From IMG/VR virus record IMGVR_UViG_3300025120_000034, positions 7,554 to 71,553 of that record: a stretch of 64,000 nt of DNA; one strand, 5' to 3'. The DNA comes from a virus. The notes under the pieces are model-generated. The model did not search any database. It worked only from the letters and a program-made list of their open reading frames with translations, and was not told where the DNA came from. Positions 47,786-57,763 of the stretch are shown piece after piece; the stretch's first letter is position 1; each line of letters opens with the position of its first letter. Made by a program: the position numbers and the translations under genes.

Positions 47786-48642
47786 TATCCAACGTTTAAG
47801 TTACTATTACCTGCGTTATTACTGGTAGCACTCATTGGCCCAACGTGTGCCAATTCAGTGTAGTTTACTCCATCATTTGACCCTTCAAACAATAAATGAA
47901 AAGCGTACAGCACGTTCAAGTTCATGCTCTTAATGGTTGGAGGGGTGCTATAGGTTCCCGGCTCAAATTCAATTTGAAGGTATTTTGGAGTACCGCTTAT
48001 GCCCCAAAATCTCGTAGAAGTACTGCTGTCAAAAGCCTTGTACTTATAATTGGTTGAATACACAGCTGACGAGGTTAAAGCGATACCCGTTTGACTTGTA
48101 TTAGAACTAAGGTTTGTGGTTGGGTGATTTGTTCCTGTTTGACCCGCCCCCTCATACAAAGACCAGTCTCTTATAGATAACCATGAAGTACCGCTTGTCC
48201 CTTTGGTGGCGTTCGTGTTGGTCAAGCGGATATATCTATAAGCAGTGAAAGACGGCGTATAAGTCAATGTTAGTGCTGTACTTTGTATGTTATCCCCAAA
48301 CTCCTGAGCCTTGACTGTTACGGTGCGTTCTGCTGTGCTTGTGTTTGTATCGGTAAAGGTCATGACTGGCCCCAATGAATCATCGCCATTGTCCATAGCG
48401 TGATTTACATCTGCATCAGCAACGATTTCCGTACCGCCAATTGACACGGATACTGAATAATTAGGATTTGTATAGCTAGAGTGATTACTAATTATGACTG
48501 AACCCTGCCCAAAACCGAAGGAGATTGAAGCCGTCGGTGTGGTTGTAGTTGTACCACCACCACTGCTGGTTGCTATATCAACACCGCTTATTTTTTCAAT
48601 ATCAGCCATGTCTATTCCGCTGTACTTTTCAATATCTGGCAT
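47785..48642 (-). CDS. Putative fibre/receptor-binding protein with discoidin (F5/8C)-like C-terminus
   Basis: AYRYIRL, YKAFD.ST.T.W, YLQ.EF, F.GSNDG.N.T; N-terminal repeat DIEK.SG.D.A. Confidence 0.55.
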   Translation of the reverse strand: MPDIEKYSGIDMADIEKISGVDIATSSGGGTTTTTPTASISFGFGQGSVIISNHSSYTNPNYSVSVSIGGTEIVADADVNHAMDNGDDSLGPVMTFTDTNTSTAERTVTVKAQEFGDNIQSTALTLTYTPSFTAYRYIRLTNTNATKGTSGTSWLSIRDWSLYEGAGQTGTNHPTTNLSSNTSQTGIALTSSAVYSTNYKYKAFDSSTSTRFWGISGTPKYLQIEFEPGTYSTPPTIKSMNLNVLYAFHLLFEGSNDGVNYTELAHVGPMSATSNNAGNSNLNVG

Positions 48643-48646
48643 GCCA

Positions 48647-49981
48647 TTACGCTAATTCAATATGCTCGACAGAAGGGTTAAAATAAATAACGCTAGTGCT
48701 GACTGCGTGTCCAAGTATTCTTTGATAGCCCGTAGTTGGTGCGGTAGAAGTTACTTGACCCGAGCCATTCGAAGAAGAAGAAAACACCGTTTGACCCGCT
48801 GTGAGTTGAGCACTTACCAATGACGGGCGAACAAACCCCCTCAAGATGAATCCTGAACTCATTGTGCTTCCTACTGCCATACCTAAAAGGGAAATTTGAG
48901 AAGCTGCTACAGCTGTTGAATAAAGAGCCCAAGTTGTCCCGTTGTGGTAATATATCTTTCCAGCAACAACAGAGGTTCCAGAGCTCCCAAGAAAAGTAAT
49001 ATCGGCTCCAGCTCCATAATCGCCAGCAGAACTGATACCAGAGCTATGCTCTTGAATAAACTCATTTGCCGTGACTGGCCCATTTAGTTCGATTCCGCTT
49101 GACCCGCCAATAAGTGTCTGGGTAAACCCCCCGTTAAATACAGCAACATTGTTGGCATCTGCTTTAGCTAATACTCTAGGACTGCCGCCCGTGTTTTTAG
49201 CAATAAAAGACTCGTTATTATCAACTTGAATGCCACCCGAAGCAACAGCCAAATTGGTTCCGTCGTATGTCAGGTTAGCCTCACCCTCTAACGTGCTGGC
49301 AGTTCCAGAGCCTGTAATAAGGCTGTTGTCGGCGTTGTTGTTTATAGTGACCCCTCCGCCTGCGGCCTCTAAACTTATCTTAGCGGAAGAGTGGTCGTAT
49401 GTCAGTACGTAGTTGTCTTGACCCGAACCCACAGACTGATCGGCATCCAAAGTGTAGTTACCTAGTTTTACGTCCCCTGTCCCATTAGGCTCCAACACTA
49501 TATTACCGTTCGTTGCTGTGGTGTATATCTTTTTTATGGACAAGTCTAGATCAGCGCCTAGCTTTAGGTGGTCGTGGTTGTTGAACAACAGCTTTCCGCT
49601 AGTAGAAAGATTTAAATCAGTCCCGTCAACGATTACAGCATATCCAGATTTTCCAGTAAAGTCAGAAGCTGAAACCCCATCCAAGGCTGTCACTTTATCT
49701 GTACTCTTAATTAGAGTGTCTGGAGCTGCGTTTACAACAGCGTTTACAGCTGTAACAGCAGCGCTAACGGTGGTGCCAAAAACTGCATCGGAAGAATCAA
49801 CAAGTTGAGTGATGTCAAAATTATTCAACACCTTCCTGTTGGTGTCTGTGTCGGTCAAAATAATCCTACCCCCGCTAGTTCCTGCTGCCGCCTGAAGAAC
49901 TCCTGTTTCGTAATTAACAAACCTATTAGTGGTCTGTACGGTTACCAGGTTGTTTGTTTTGCTAATTATTACCTTCCCCAT
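48647..49981 (-). CDS. Putative tail-fibre-like protein (444 aa, mosaic)
   Basis: NG.I.L.PNGTG.V, INNNADN..ITGSGTA..L.GEANLT.DG and C-terminal R.LG.A......YFNPS modules typical of phage fibres. Confidence 0.6.
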   Translation of the reverse strand: MGKVIISKTNNLVTVQTTNRFVNYETGVLQAAAGTSGGRIILTDTDTNRKVLNNFDITQLVDSSDAVFGTTVSAAVTAVNAVVNAAPDTLIKSTDKVTALDGVSASDFTGKSGYAVIVDGTDLNLSTSGKLLFNNHDHLKLGADLDLSIKKIYTTATNGNIVLEPNGTGDVKLGNYTLDADQSVGSGQDNYVLTYDHSSAKISLEAAGGGVTINNNADNSLITGSGTASTLEGEANLTYDGTNLAVASGGIQVDNNESFIAKNTGGSPRVLAKADANNVAVFNGGFTQTLIGGSSGIELNGPVTANEFIQEHSSGISSAGDYGAGADITFLGSSGTSVVAGKIYYHNGTTWALYSTAVAASQISLLGMAVGSTMSSGFILRGFVRPSLVSAQLTAGQTVFSSSSNGSGQVTSTAPTTGYQRILGHAVSTSVIYFNPSVEHIELA

Positions 49982-49983
49982 AA

Positions 49984-51147
49984 TTAGTTGTTTGCTACAA
50001 AATTAATTTTAGTTCCCGTTTTAAGGTTTATGAACTCAGTTCCCCCAAAACTCTGAGCTTCTATGGTGAGCCTTATCTCGTCGTACGAAGCTGGATAGAA
50101 AGCGGTCAAAAAGGGAATAAGGCTTTCTGTTGCCGAATACTCCCACGACCCTGCCGTTGGATCCTCGTTAAGCTGCTGTGGAAAGTAATGTACGCCAGAA
50201 GCCTGCAAAGTATTGTTGTTGAAAAACTCAACCTTAATCCGTGGCATTATTTCTGAATAATTAGGAACGGTTTTATTTACGTTTAGCTTAATCGTGGCTT
50301 CGGCGACGTCAGGGATTTGACCAGTACCTAAAAAATTAGAAAGCAGAGTAAAGTTAGTTCCATCCGACAGGGTTAAATAATCATTAGCGTCGTTAAAACC
50401 GTTGTTAATCCCAGTAGATGTAAGGCCGTTAGTAAGATCGCTAGACTCAAACGTAATCGTTTTAAAGCTGAGTGCGTCGCTCGCCCCAGTGAAGTCAACG
50501 GGACTCCCATCGCTTTGAAAGTCTGCTGTCCAGTCTATAGTAAAGGGGGCTCCAATCCCAAAATTCCCAAGAAACAACAGTAGGTCAGCCGTAGTGACTA
50601 CGCCGTCACCATTAAAGTCTCCCAAGATGTTTGATCCAGCTGCCGAATATGTATCAACGGTTCCTAAGCCTTGGTCTATTAAGACCTGAGCGAAGGCGGT
50701 TGTGAACCACCCAAAGAAATCGTTCTGAGAAAGCTTCTTGTACGTATCAGTGTCTGGATTATAAAGCTGAAAAAAATACTTATCGTCGTCTGCCGCAGTC
50801 AAAGTAGCAGGAGTTACAACCCCGTACTCATCCGTATTGTGAGGAATTAAAAGCCAGTTAGATCCTGTTTGCCAAGGAGTGTCGCCCATGTCCGCAGACG
50901 TGTAAACACGAAGCTCATTGTTGCTTTTAGTGTACGCTAGATAACCTTCTTTTCGACTTGAGGAGGCTACACCGTTTCTTGCATTGACATCAGCAAAAAC
51001 ATTGTAATCACTAGACCCCGAAGCCGCCTCCCAAGCAGCACCTCCAGCCCCATCCGAAGCTAAAACGTATCCGTCGCTAGAACTCTCAGAGTTTATATCG
51101 CCAGCAGTTACAGAGCCAGACGTTAATATTTTTTTCCAGGTCGCCAT
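49984..51147 (-). CDS. Putative structural protein with dockerin-like motif (387 aa)
   Basis: MATWKK N-terminus, DGYVL.SDG.G...W fibre repeat, GDFNGDGVVTTADLL.FLGNFG. Confidence 0.6.
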   Translation of the reverse strand: MATWKKILTSGSVTAGDINSESSSDGYVLASDGAGGAAWEAASGSSDYNVFADVNARNGVASSSRKEGYLAYTKSNNELRVYTSADMGDTPWQTGSNWLLIPHNTDEYGVVTPATLTAADDDKYFFQLYNPDTDTYKKLSQNDFFGWFTTAFAQVLIDQGLGTVDTYSAAGSNILGDFNGDGVVTTADLLLFLGNFGIGAPFTIDWTADFQSDGSPVDFTGASDALSFKTITFESSDLTNGLTSTGINNGFNDANDYLTLSDGTNFTLLSNFLGTGQIPDVAEATIKLNVNKTVPNYSEIMPRIKVEFFNNNTLQASGVHYFPQQLNEDPTAGSWEYSATESLIPFLTAFYPASYDEIRLTIEAQSFGGTEFINLKTGTKINFVANN

Positions 51148-51155
51148 TTTTTAGC

Positions 51156-51326
51156 TTAAGACTTTTTAAGCTTTGTTTCTTCTTTTTCCTGAATGCCTTG
51201 AAGTCTAGTAAATTCTTCATCCAGTTTAGTCATAAGGTTAGCTACCGTTGGGGCATCTACGGCCTTGATGCTAGCCGCTTTTACTACTTCGTTTAGGAAG
51301 TAAACTTCGTTGATTTCTAATTTCAT
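51156..51326 (-). CDS. Small hypothetical protein (56 aa)
   Basis: Manual translation MKLEINEVYFLNEVVKAASIKAVDAPTVANLMTKLDEEFTRLQ...; fills an operon gap. Confidence 0.6.
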   Translation of the reverse strand: MKLEINEVYFLNEVVKAASIKAVDAPTVANLMTKLDEEFTRLQGIQEKEETKLKKS

Positions 51327-51349
51327 TTGAATTGAATTAAGGTTTGAAA

Positions 51350-51523
51350 TTATTTAGCCTTCAGTTGATTCTGAAGTTTATTTACTACGTCTGCCAACAA
51401 AAGTACGTCTTTTCCTTCAAAAGTGCTATCGTGAAGGCACTTTAAAATAAACGTAAGCTCCTGCTGGGTCAGGGTGTCAGTGGTCACCCCACCGACATCT
51501 CTGCCCTTGCCAAGAATTCCCAT
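51350..51523 (-). CDS. Small hypothetical protein (57 aa)
   Basis: Manual translation MGILGKG...LTQQELTFILKCLHDSTFEGKDVLLLADVVNKLQNQLKAK; coupled to the stop of 51523..52608. Confidence 0.6.
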   Translation of the reverse strand: MGILGKGRDVGGVTTDTLTQQELTFILKCLHDSTFEGKDVLLLADVVNKLQNQLKAK

Positions 51524-52608
51524 TACTGAACTCTCACGTAGAGTGCGCCATCTGCGTTAGATGCTGATTGAGCAAAGAAGAAAGATCCTACTCCCGCAGC
51601 ATCACCTGTTGGTGCATCAGCCGAAGTGAGGTTGAAATCCATAATGGAAATTTCAAAATCAGTCTGGGCAACATCGGTTGCTGTAGAGTAATCAGCAGTA
51701 TCTCTTAATGTCCAACCAGTAAGGTTTTGACCTGTTTTGCTCCAGTTGAGTGCAGCAAACATAGTTTCGCTTGAGCCATGATGGGACGTAAGCGTCAAAC
51801 CACCGCCATTAGCACCATCATTCGCTAGGCCTGCCCCTGTGTCGTTAGTGGCATAGGCGCTGTCTGGGTTTGCAAGAACAACGTTTTTATCTTCGACAAC
51901 AAGTGTTTCAGTCTGAACGGAAGTGGTAGTTCCAGTTACAGTGAGATTACCAGCTATAGTTGTATTACCAGTGATGTCCGCGCCACCCGTAGTAACGGTC
52001 AAGCCAGTAGCCGCAGTAATTGTAGATGTTGAGGCAATACTACCTGGAGCGATAAACGCAGCAGGAGTGCTAAACACAACGCTATTAGTACCTGTGGTCG
52101 TAGAAATCTGATTAGCCGTTCCCGCTAAATTAAGCGTCTCTGAGTTTAAGATTTCTTGAGCGGCCCCTGAATCTCCAGAAACGTCGAGAGCAAAACCAGC
52201 CGCTGTCACTGTCGCAATTTCGCTGTCCACGTAGCTCTTAATGGCCTTGGCGGAAGCAAGTGTGTCATCATTCGCAGAAACACTAGAAAGGTTAGCGTCA
52301 ATGGTGAGAGCTGTAGGTGCTGCGGCACTAGCCGTTGCGTTACCGAGAACGGTAGCGGCGGCAATATCTGCAATCTTAGCGAGGGTGACGTTTGAGTCAA
52401 GGATCTTTGCCGTAACAACCTTGTCGGCCCCAATAGTAACCGCACCAGTGGTTGCAATCGTAACATCACCACTAACGGATACGTTGTCAAAGGAGTCTAC
52501 GCCGTCATGAACTAAAATTTGAGCTGACGATGCAGATGATACTGATGCGTCTGATAAGTCATTGATGGCGACGGCACCCTCAACTAATACTTTTTTCCAT
52601 GTTGCCAT
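51523..52608 (-). CDS. Putative tail-fibre-like protein (361 aa)
   Basis: VSGDVTI...G..TI....V..AKI, DDTLASAKAIK.YVD, GNLTV.GTTT.V.T..L.VED repeats; TATATTTG element at 52643-52650. Confidence 0.65.
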   Translation of the reverse strand: MATWKKVLVEGAVAINDLSDASVSSASSAQILVHDGVDSFDNVSVSGDVTIATTGAVTIGADKVVTAKILDSNVTLAKIADIAAATVLGNATASAAAPTALTIDANLSSVSANDDTLASAKAIKSYVDSEIATVTAAGFALDVSGDSGAAQEILNSETLNLAGTANQISTTTGTNSVVFSTPAAFIAPGSIASTSTITAATGLTVTTGGADITGNTTIAGNLTVTGTTTSVQTETLVVEDKNVVLANPDSAYATNDTGAGLANDGANGGGLTLTSHHGSSETMFAALNWSKTGQNLTGWTLRDTADYSTATDVAQTDFEISIMDFNLTSADAPTGDAAGVGSFFFAQSASNADGALYVRVQ

Positions 52609-52661
52609 GATATGCTATTTTTTTATTTTCTAAATATTTCAACAAATATACAACGTATTTA

Positions 52662-53252
52662 TTAGGTCACCCCGAAGTACAGGTTATCAGCATCGTCCGC
52701 ATACATACCCCCCTCGAAAGCTGTAGGGGCATCGGCAGTGTGATCGAACTGCTTAAACTGTACAAGACCGTCTAGATTTATCTTTCCAGTAGATGCTGGG
52801 GATGGAGTAAACTTTATCGTTTGATCTGTTGTAGCCTCTATCTTAAACACAGACCCTGTAGAGGACATCTCCACAGAGTTGTTAAATTCAATTTTGTCGC
52901 TTTCGCCAAGCTCAATATCGAAATTGTTTGTTTGAAGGTTAGCCCCTAGCTGAGGAGATAAGTCTTCTACTATGTTTTGCAAACCACCACCAATAATGGT
53001 TGCTAGGTCTGTCCACCCTGTGGCTTTTGTAGCAATGTTGTTCTCATCCACTAAGAGGTAAAACTTAGAGTCACCCTGGTGGTAGACTATAGTAACGTAC
53101 TCCTTGAGCTGATCGCTTACAGACGTAAGACCAGTTAAACCAGCGTCGTTAGCAACCACCCTGACACCGCCTCTAACGAAGTTAGAATCAACAAAAGCTT
53201 TTGCTGAGTTGTTATGGCCGTATTCGCCCGCCCTTCCTAGTTGTACTGGCAT
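52662..53252 (-). CDS. Putative structural protein (196 aa)
   Basis: VED.SPQLG.NL..N motif common in fibre proteins. Confidence 0.6.
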   Translation of the reverse strand: MPVQLGRAGEYGHNNSAKAFVDSNFVRGGVRVVANDAGLTGLTSVSDQLKEYVTIVYHQGDSKFYLLVDENNIATKATGWTDLATIIGGGLQNIVEDLSPQLGANLQTNNFDIELGESDKIEFNNSVEMSSTGSVFKIEATTDQTIKFTPSPASTGKINLDGLVQFKQFDHTADAPTAFEGGMYADDADNLYFGVT

Positions 53253-53256
53253 GAGT

Positions 53257-54933
53257 TTATGAAATGCTTAGGAATTGGTTATTCAGTGCGTTTGTAGAAT
53301 CACTTCTGTAAACGGTATAAGTACTGGAAACTCCATACCTGTTTTCAAGCGTATAGGTACCAAGATCATTGAAAGCCCCAAGAGTGGGAGATACACCGTC
53401 CAAGTTCATTGTAGATATGTGATTATTACCTGGGTAGAATATATACATAAACTTATTGCTCGTTTGAATAGTGTATGTATTCGTATTCCCTATGCTTGAA
53501 GGATAAGACCCTGTTTTTATCTCTCTTTCATTGTTGCCGCTGTCGTCACCACCAAACGCTGCATAAACAGTTTGAACGGCGTTCTGGGAAGATCCAGTAG
53601 TCAATGCTGTTGTGTCGAAACACACCTGATAAGAGTAGTAGTAGTTTATGTTAGAAAAGTCACTAGAGGTGTCAGACCCGTAAGTGCTGTCAACAACAAC
53701 TCTATATCTATGGGGTGTGGCCTCCGCCGTTAAATCAGTAGATCCGTCTGTAGCAACAGTAATTGAATCCGTGTTTATAGCGAGCGAGATATTATTCTCA
53801 GTGGAACCATTTCCTAAAGAGCTGAGATCCGTAGTAGAGTCTGGAGTTGTTATCTCCCTGTAATTGCTTCCTACTTCAAATTGAACAACAGAGTCAATTA
53901 GCGGATCATAAAGCTCATCCCTTCTCACGTCATAACGAAGAGTAGACTGAACATCACCATACTCCCTGGTTGTAGAGGTTGTGCCTGTTGCAGCAGAAAT
54001 GGTTGAATTGCTCCTAGTTATTTGCTTGTCGCTAATAAGAGGCGAGTCAAAACTATTGGCTGTTGTGAATTCGTTTGCTGTCTGTTCAGTTGTACCGCTG
54101 GTGCTGTCCGTTACCCTAAGTCGAAAATGGAATACGTTGTTGCTAGCCCAGGCCTCTCCAGTGCTATAGACCTTTGAGAGATTCGAGGCCCCAAAAGTAA
54201 CCTCAGAGGATGTGTACGATTGAACCGTTGTCCATGATCCAGTAGGGGTTGACTGAGTATTAGCAAGTTGGTACTCAAGTACAGCGGTTCCCGTAGCGCC
54301 TTGGTTGGCGATGCCAAAGTTTATAGAAGATACAGTTACAGAAGATGCGCTTGAAGGGTGCTGCCAATCAGGTCCAGAAAGGCTAAAGCTAGGGGTTGGG
54401 TTAATGGCGTCCGTAAACGCATCAACTAAAAGTTCTGAAGCTGTCTTTCCATTAGCGGGAATGGTGTCTCCGTTTTTGTATTTCCCAAAAGTTTTCACGA
54501 CCCCTGAAACGGTGGGCATGTTTGCCACATAGTTCTGAGTAAAAGTCAATTGGCCTCCGTCCGCTCCGTCTGCTCCAGCGGCTCCATCAGCACCAGCAGG
54601 ACCAGCAGGTCCCTGAGCACCATCAGCTCCAGCGGCTCCAGCAGGCCCCTGAGCGCCTTGAGCTCCGTCAGATCCAGCAGCCCCAGCAGCCCCAGCAGCC
54701 CCAGCAGGACCAGCAGGACCTTGAGGTCCTTGAGCGCCAGTAGGCCCTTGAGCGCCAGTTGCTCCAGCAGGTCCAGCGCCAATAGCTCCAGCTACAGAAA
54801 TGTTATTATTTGCAGCCTGATTTAAAACTACGACCTTAGTGTCAGTGCCTCCCTTTACGACAGATACTTTAATGATATCTCCGTTCTCACTAGATATCTT
54901 TATGCTTTTTGGTTGTTCTACACTTATCGGCAT
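53257..54933 (-). CDS. Collagen-like repeat fibre protein (558 aa)
   Basis: Uninterrupted Gly-X-Y run (GAGPAGATGAQGPT...GADGADGG) followed by a beta-rich domain. Confidence 0.8.
   Translation of the reverse strand: MPISVEQPKSIKISSENGDIIKVSVVKGGTDTKVVVLNQAANNNISVAGAIGAGPAGATGAQGPTGAQGPQGPAGPAGAAGAAGAAGSDGAQGAQGPAGAAGADGAQGPAGPAGADGAAGADGADGGQLTFTQNYVANMPTVSGVVKTFGKYKNGDTIPANGKTASELLVDAFTDAINPTPSFSLSGPDWQHPSSASSVTVSSINFGIANQGATGTAVLEYQLANTQSTPTGSWTTVQSYTSSEVTFGASNLSKVYSTGEAWASNNVFHFRLRVTDSTSGTTEQTANEFTTANSFDSPLISDKQITRSNSTISAATGTTSTTREYGDVQSTLRYDVRRDELYDPLIDSVVQFEVGSNYREITTPDSTTDLSSLGNGSTENNISLAINTDSITVATDGSTDLTAEATPHRYRVVVDSTYGSDTSSDFSNINYYYSYQVCFDTTALTTGSSQNAVQTVYAAFGGDDSGNNEREIKTGSYPSSIGNTNTYTIQTSNKFMYIFYPGNNHISTMNLDGVSPTLGAFNDLGTYTLENRYGVSSTYTVYRSDSTNALNNQFLSIS
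54553..54790 (-). repeat. Collagen-coding 9-bp-period repeats
   Basis: Tandem GCCCCAGCA x3, GGACCAGCA and CCTTGAGCG units. Confidence 0.8.
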
Positions 54934-54942
54934 AATAATATC

Positions 54943-55335
54943 TTAAGCTGTTTCTGACACGTCTTCAATAACTCTTACCGTTCCGTAGATTAAAGTGGTT
55001 ACAACTGCTCCTGACTTCTGTTCGACATCATAAGCATAGAGTCCAGATGGCATCGTCTTCATTGTGGTCGCGGCCAAGGTGAGATCAATGTACTTTGCGG
55101 TAACGTCGTCAGAATCTGCCGTTACCTCCATCACGAATTGCACAACAGGGTCGGAGGTGTTAGCCACTGGGGTGCCCGTGTCGGAATTTCTTACCTCCAT
55201 CAAAAAAACATCTCCAGCGGTAAAACCAACAGTATCGTCAGCATTGGTTATATTAAGTCTCAAGGAAAAAGTGTCACCTTTCCTGCAAGTGATGTCAACC
55301 CTTTCAGATGTATCTAAGTTTATTTTTGTAGCCAT
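54943..55335 (-). CDS. BppU-like/adaptor structural protein (130 aa)
   Basis: DI.CRKGDTF, M.VR, G.Y.YD.E....V.T...G...V.EDV. Confidence 0.55.
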   Translation of the reverse strand: MATKINLDTSERVDITCRKGDTFSLRLNITNADDTVGFTAGDVFLMEVRNSDTGTPVANTSDPVVQFVMEVTADSDDVTAKYIDLTLAATTMKTMPSGLYAYDVEQKSGAVVTTLIYGTVRVIEDVSETA

Positions 55336-55336
55336 C

Positions 55337-57718
55337 TTATTCGTTGATTATTTGTGGTGTTTCATCCCCCTGTCTTTGAGCAATAAGCTTACTCTGCTCA
55401 GCAGACTGCTTCTTAACTCTATCGTCTTTTCGATCCTCTTTAAGGACTTCAAGCTTTTCTTTAAAGTTGTCGTCAGTTTCTTTAAACCCAAGGGTTGCCT
55501 TAGCTTTAATGATTTCGATCTCCTTCCTGAACCCGTGTTTTACCTCTTCTAGTTGAGCCTCTAGCTGAGCCTTAAGCTGCATCTCTTGGGATTTTAGCTG
55601 GGCCTCCATTTGCATTTCTTGCTGTCTAGCCTGAGAAGCAGCCTGTGCTGATTGCTGCTGAACCTGAGCTTGCTGCTGAGAGTTCTGTTGGGCCATCTGC
55701 TGGTTGCTAGCCATTCGCTTCTTTCTTCTAACGATTAAAAGCCTTTCAGCCTGGTTTACGTCCCTAAGCTGTCGTATAGCAAGGGCGTCCTCAAGGTCTA
55801 TCTCTTTTTGAGACAAGGCTATCTGTATGTTCTGCTCCAAGAACTGCCTTTCGTTTTCCTCCATCTCCTTCACAACCTTGACGCCGAAATTAAACATCGA
55901 CAGGTTCCTGAAGGAAGACAAAACTTTCATGTTCTCCTTACCGACAGCATTCTCATACATAGAATAGAGAATAGAATCTGGATGAATAACCTGCAAGCAC
56001 TTTACCACATCGCTACAAACCTTCTTGTACAAAACCATAGAGGAATTCGTGATGTCATATATAGCGTTGTTTGCAGCGGCAAGAGCTTGTTGCCTGACGC
56101 CTACAAGGGCGTCACCCTTAGGTGAAGAGGCGTCCATAACCTCGTTGATTCCTGTGGAGTCTCGGATCATCCTGAGGTAGTGGTTATATAAACCAGTTAG
56201 CTCGTTGATATTACGAATGCTGTTGCCGATCTCCCGAATAGGGGGATTTTGAAAGCCTCCTTCTGGGTTCTTGCTTCTATAGTAGAACACACCCGTCTGC
56301 TCGTATATGTCGTGCAGCTCAAGCGGCTGAAGCTCTCCACCCTTTCCTAGCTGTACGTTTTCCAGCCCCTCAATATCAATGATGATACCGTCTGGCTTTG
56401 CCTTCGCTACAGCCTGTTGAATCTTTAAGTGAGTAAGCTGAAGTTGATCGGCGAACCCGATGCAGCTGTCCACCATAGACTTAGGCATCATGTCCATCAT
56501 GTTTGTAGCGCAAACAGAATAAGACAGGGATGCCTTTGTTATGTCGTGGATGTTTTTCGGTATGTTGGTTTTCTTGCCATACCCAAAGACCATATCACAA
56601 CCAAGGATGTAGTATCCACCGTAAACACATGTGTTATCTAGTCGCACGGAGTCTCTATTGAAAACAGAGTTTTGTGGTTGACTATAGTTGTCCCCTTTGT
56701 CGTAAAACCCTACGTTTCCGTACTTGTTTTCTTTTGACTCGTAATAGGTTGAGTCTACCGATAGAAACTCAAATTCAAGCACCTTTACAGTATGCTCCTC
56801 CATGTCCATGCCAGGTCTGTTTGAAGTTTTATTATACATCCCAGATGTATTGTTCTTCTGACCAGAGCTAGCCACCTTCTTGTAGTCCTCTTCGGTTAAC
56901 TCATTCCCAGCAAGTCTTTTAAGCTCAGCGATAGGCATTGTTTTTACATGACCAGCATAAGTCATGTCCCCGAAAGAAGGGTCTTCTGTGTAGCTGTGAA
57001 TAAAGTTAGACGGATCAACGTATTCGGTTTTAATCCCGTAGCTAGGGTCGTTAGTTCTTTTCACAACAGCCATACCAAGTATGGTCATATCGTTTACACA
57101 CCTTCTGAAAATAGAATCATTAAAGTCGTTCCACTCCAGAGTCAGGTTGGTAGCTATCTGGGCGGCAATTTCAGAAGAAGCCTTAACGTTGGTGCCCATA
57201 AATATTTCAGCCTCCTCAAGGGTTTCTGGAATCGCTTCGGGATCGCCAGCCACTTCAACTCCCAGTTTGCTTTTGATACCCTGAAGAGCAGCCTTAGACT
57301 TTACGGCAAACTCAATCTTCTTTTTCTCTAAGTCCTTCTCCGAGGTAGATAAAGGGTCGATTGCCTCCAGGTTTGGGTAAGGAGACAAAGAAAGAATCTT
57401 ATTTACTACAATGCGGACAAACTTTGGAAGAATTGGGACTGGGGTAAAGTCCAGGTTCAACATACTTCCATCGCCGTTGTTAGGATCAAGAGACGTAAGC
57501 AAAGACCTGTATATGGCTGTGTCTTGGGTTCCGTTAGCGTACTTTCTGTTCTTTTCGAAAGTTCGGTTCCTGTTCTTGTAGGTGGACCCGTCTTGATCCA
57601 TTTTACCCCACTGCTGATATATAGCCTTAGCGTATCCTAGCCCGTACTTCTTTCCTCCTTTTTCTTCTGGAGGGCTAAGCGGATTAGGAAAGCCTGATTT
57701 TTTGTTGTTGATGTTCAT
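55337..57718 (-). CDS. Portal protein, copy B
   Basis: ~793 aa directly downstream of TerL, with a Gln-rich coiled-coil C-terminal barrel as in podovirus portals; ATG at 57718; promoter TATATTTG at 57750-57757. Confidence 0.85.
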   Translation of the reverse strand: MNINNKKSGFPNPLSPPEEKGGKKYGLGYAKAIYQQWGKMDQDGSTYKNRNRTFEKNRKYANGTQDTAIYRSLLTSLDPNNGDGSMLNLDFTPVPILPKFVRIVVNKILSLSPYPNLEAIDPLSTSEKDLEKKKIEFAVKSKAALQGIKSKLGVEVAGDPEAIPETLEEAEIFMGTNVKASSEIAAQIATNLTLEWNDFNDSIFRRCVNDMTILGMAVVKRTNDPSYGIKTEYVDPSNFIHSYTEDPSFGDMTYAGHVKTMPIAELKRLAGNELTEEDYKKVASSGQKNNTSGMYNKTSNRPGMDMEEHTVKVLEFEFLSVDSTYYESKENKYGNVGFYDKGDNYSQPQNSVFNRDSVRLDNTCVYGGYYILGCDMVFGYGKKTNIPKNIHDITKASLSYSVCATNMMDMMPKSMVDSCIGFADQLQLTHLKIQQAVAKAKPDGIIIDIEGLENVQLGKGGELQPLELHDIYEQTGVFYYRSKNPEGGFQNPPIREIGNSIRNINELTGLYNHYLRMIRDSTGINEVMDASSPKGDALVGVRQQALAAANNAIYDITNSSMVLYKKVCSDVVKCLQVIHPDSILYSMYENAVGKENMKVLSSFRNLSMFNFGVKVVKEMEENERQFLEQNIQIALSQKEIDLEDALAIRQLRDVNQAERLLIVRRKKRMASNQQMAQQNSQQQAQVQQQSAQAASQARQQEMQMEAQLKSQEMQLKAQLEAQLEEVKHGFRKEIEIIKAKATLGFKETDDNFKEKLEVLKEDRKDDRVKKQSAEQSKLIAQRQGDETPQIINE

Positions 57719-57763
57719 TTGCAATGAGTCGAGTTCTTATAACTCAATGCAAATATAGTAAAA

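Noticed and set aside
54546-54825. Leu-rich and Ser-rich ORFs
   Set aside because: Off-frame shadows of the collagen repeat.
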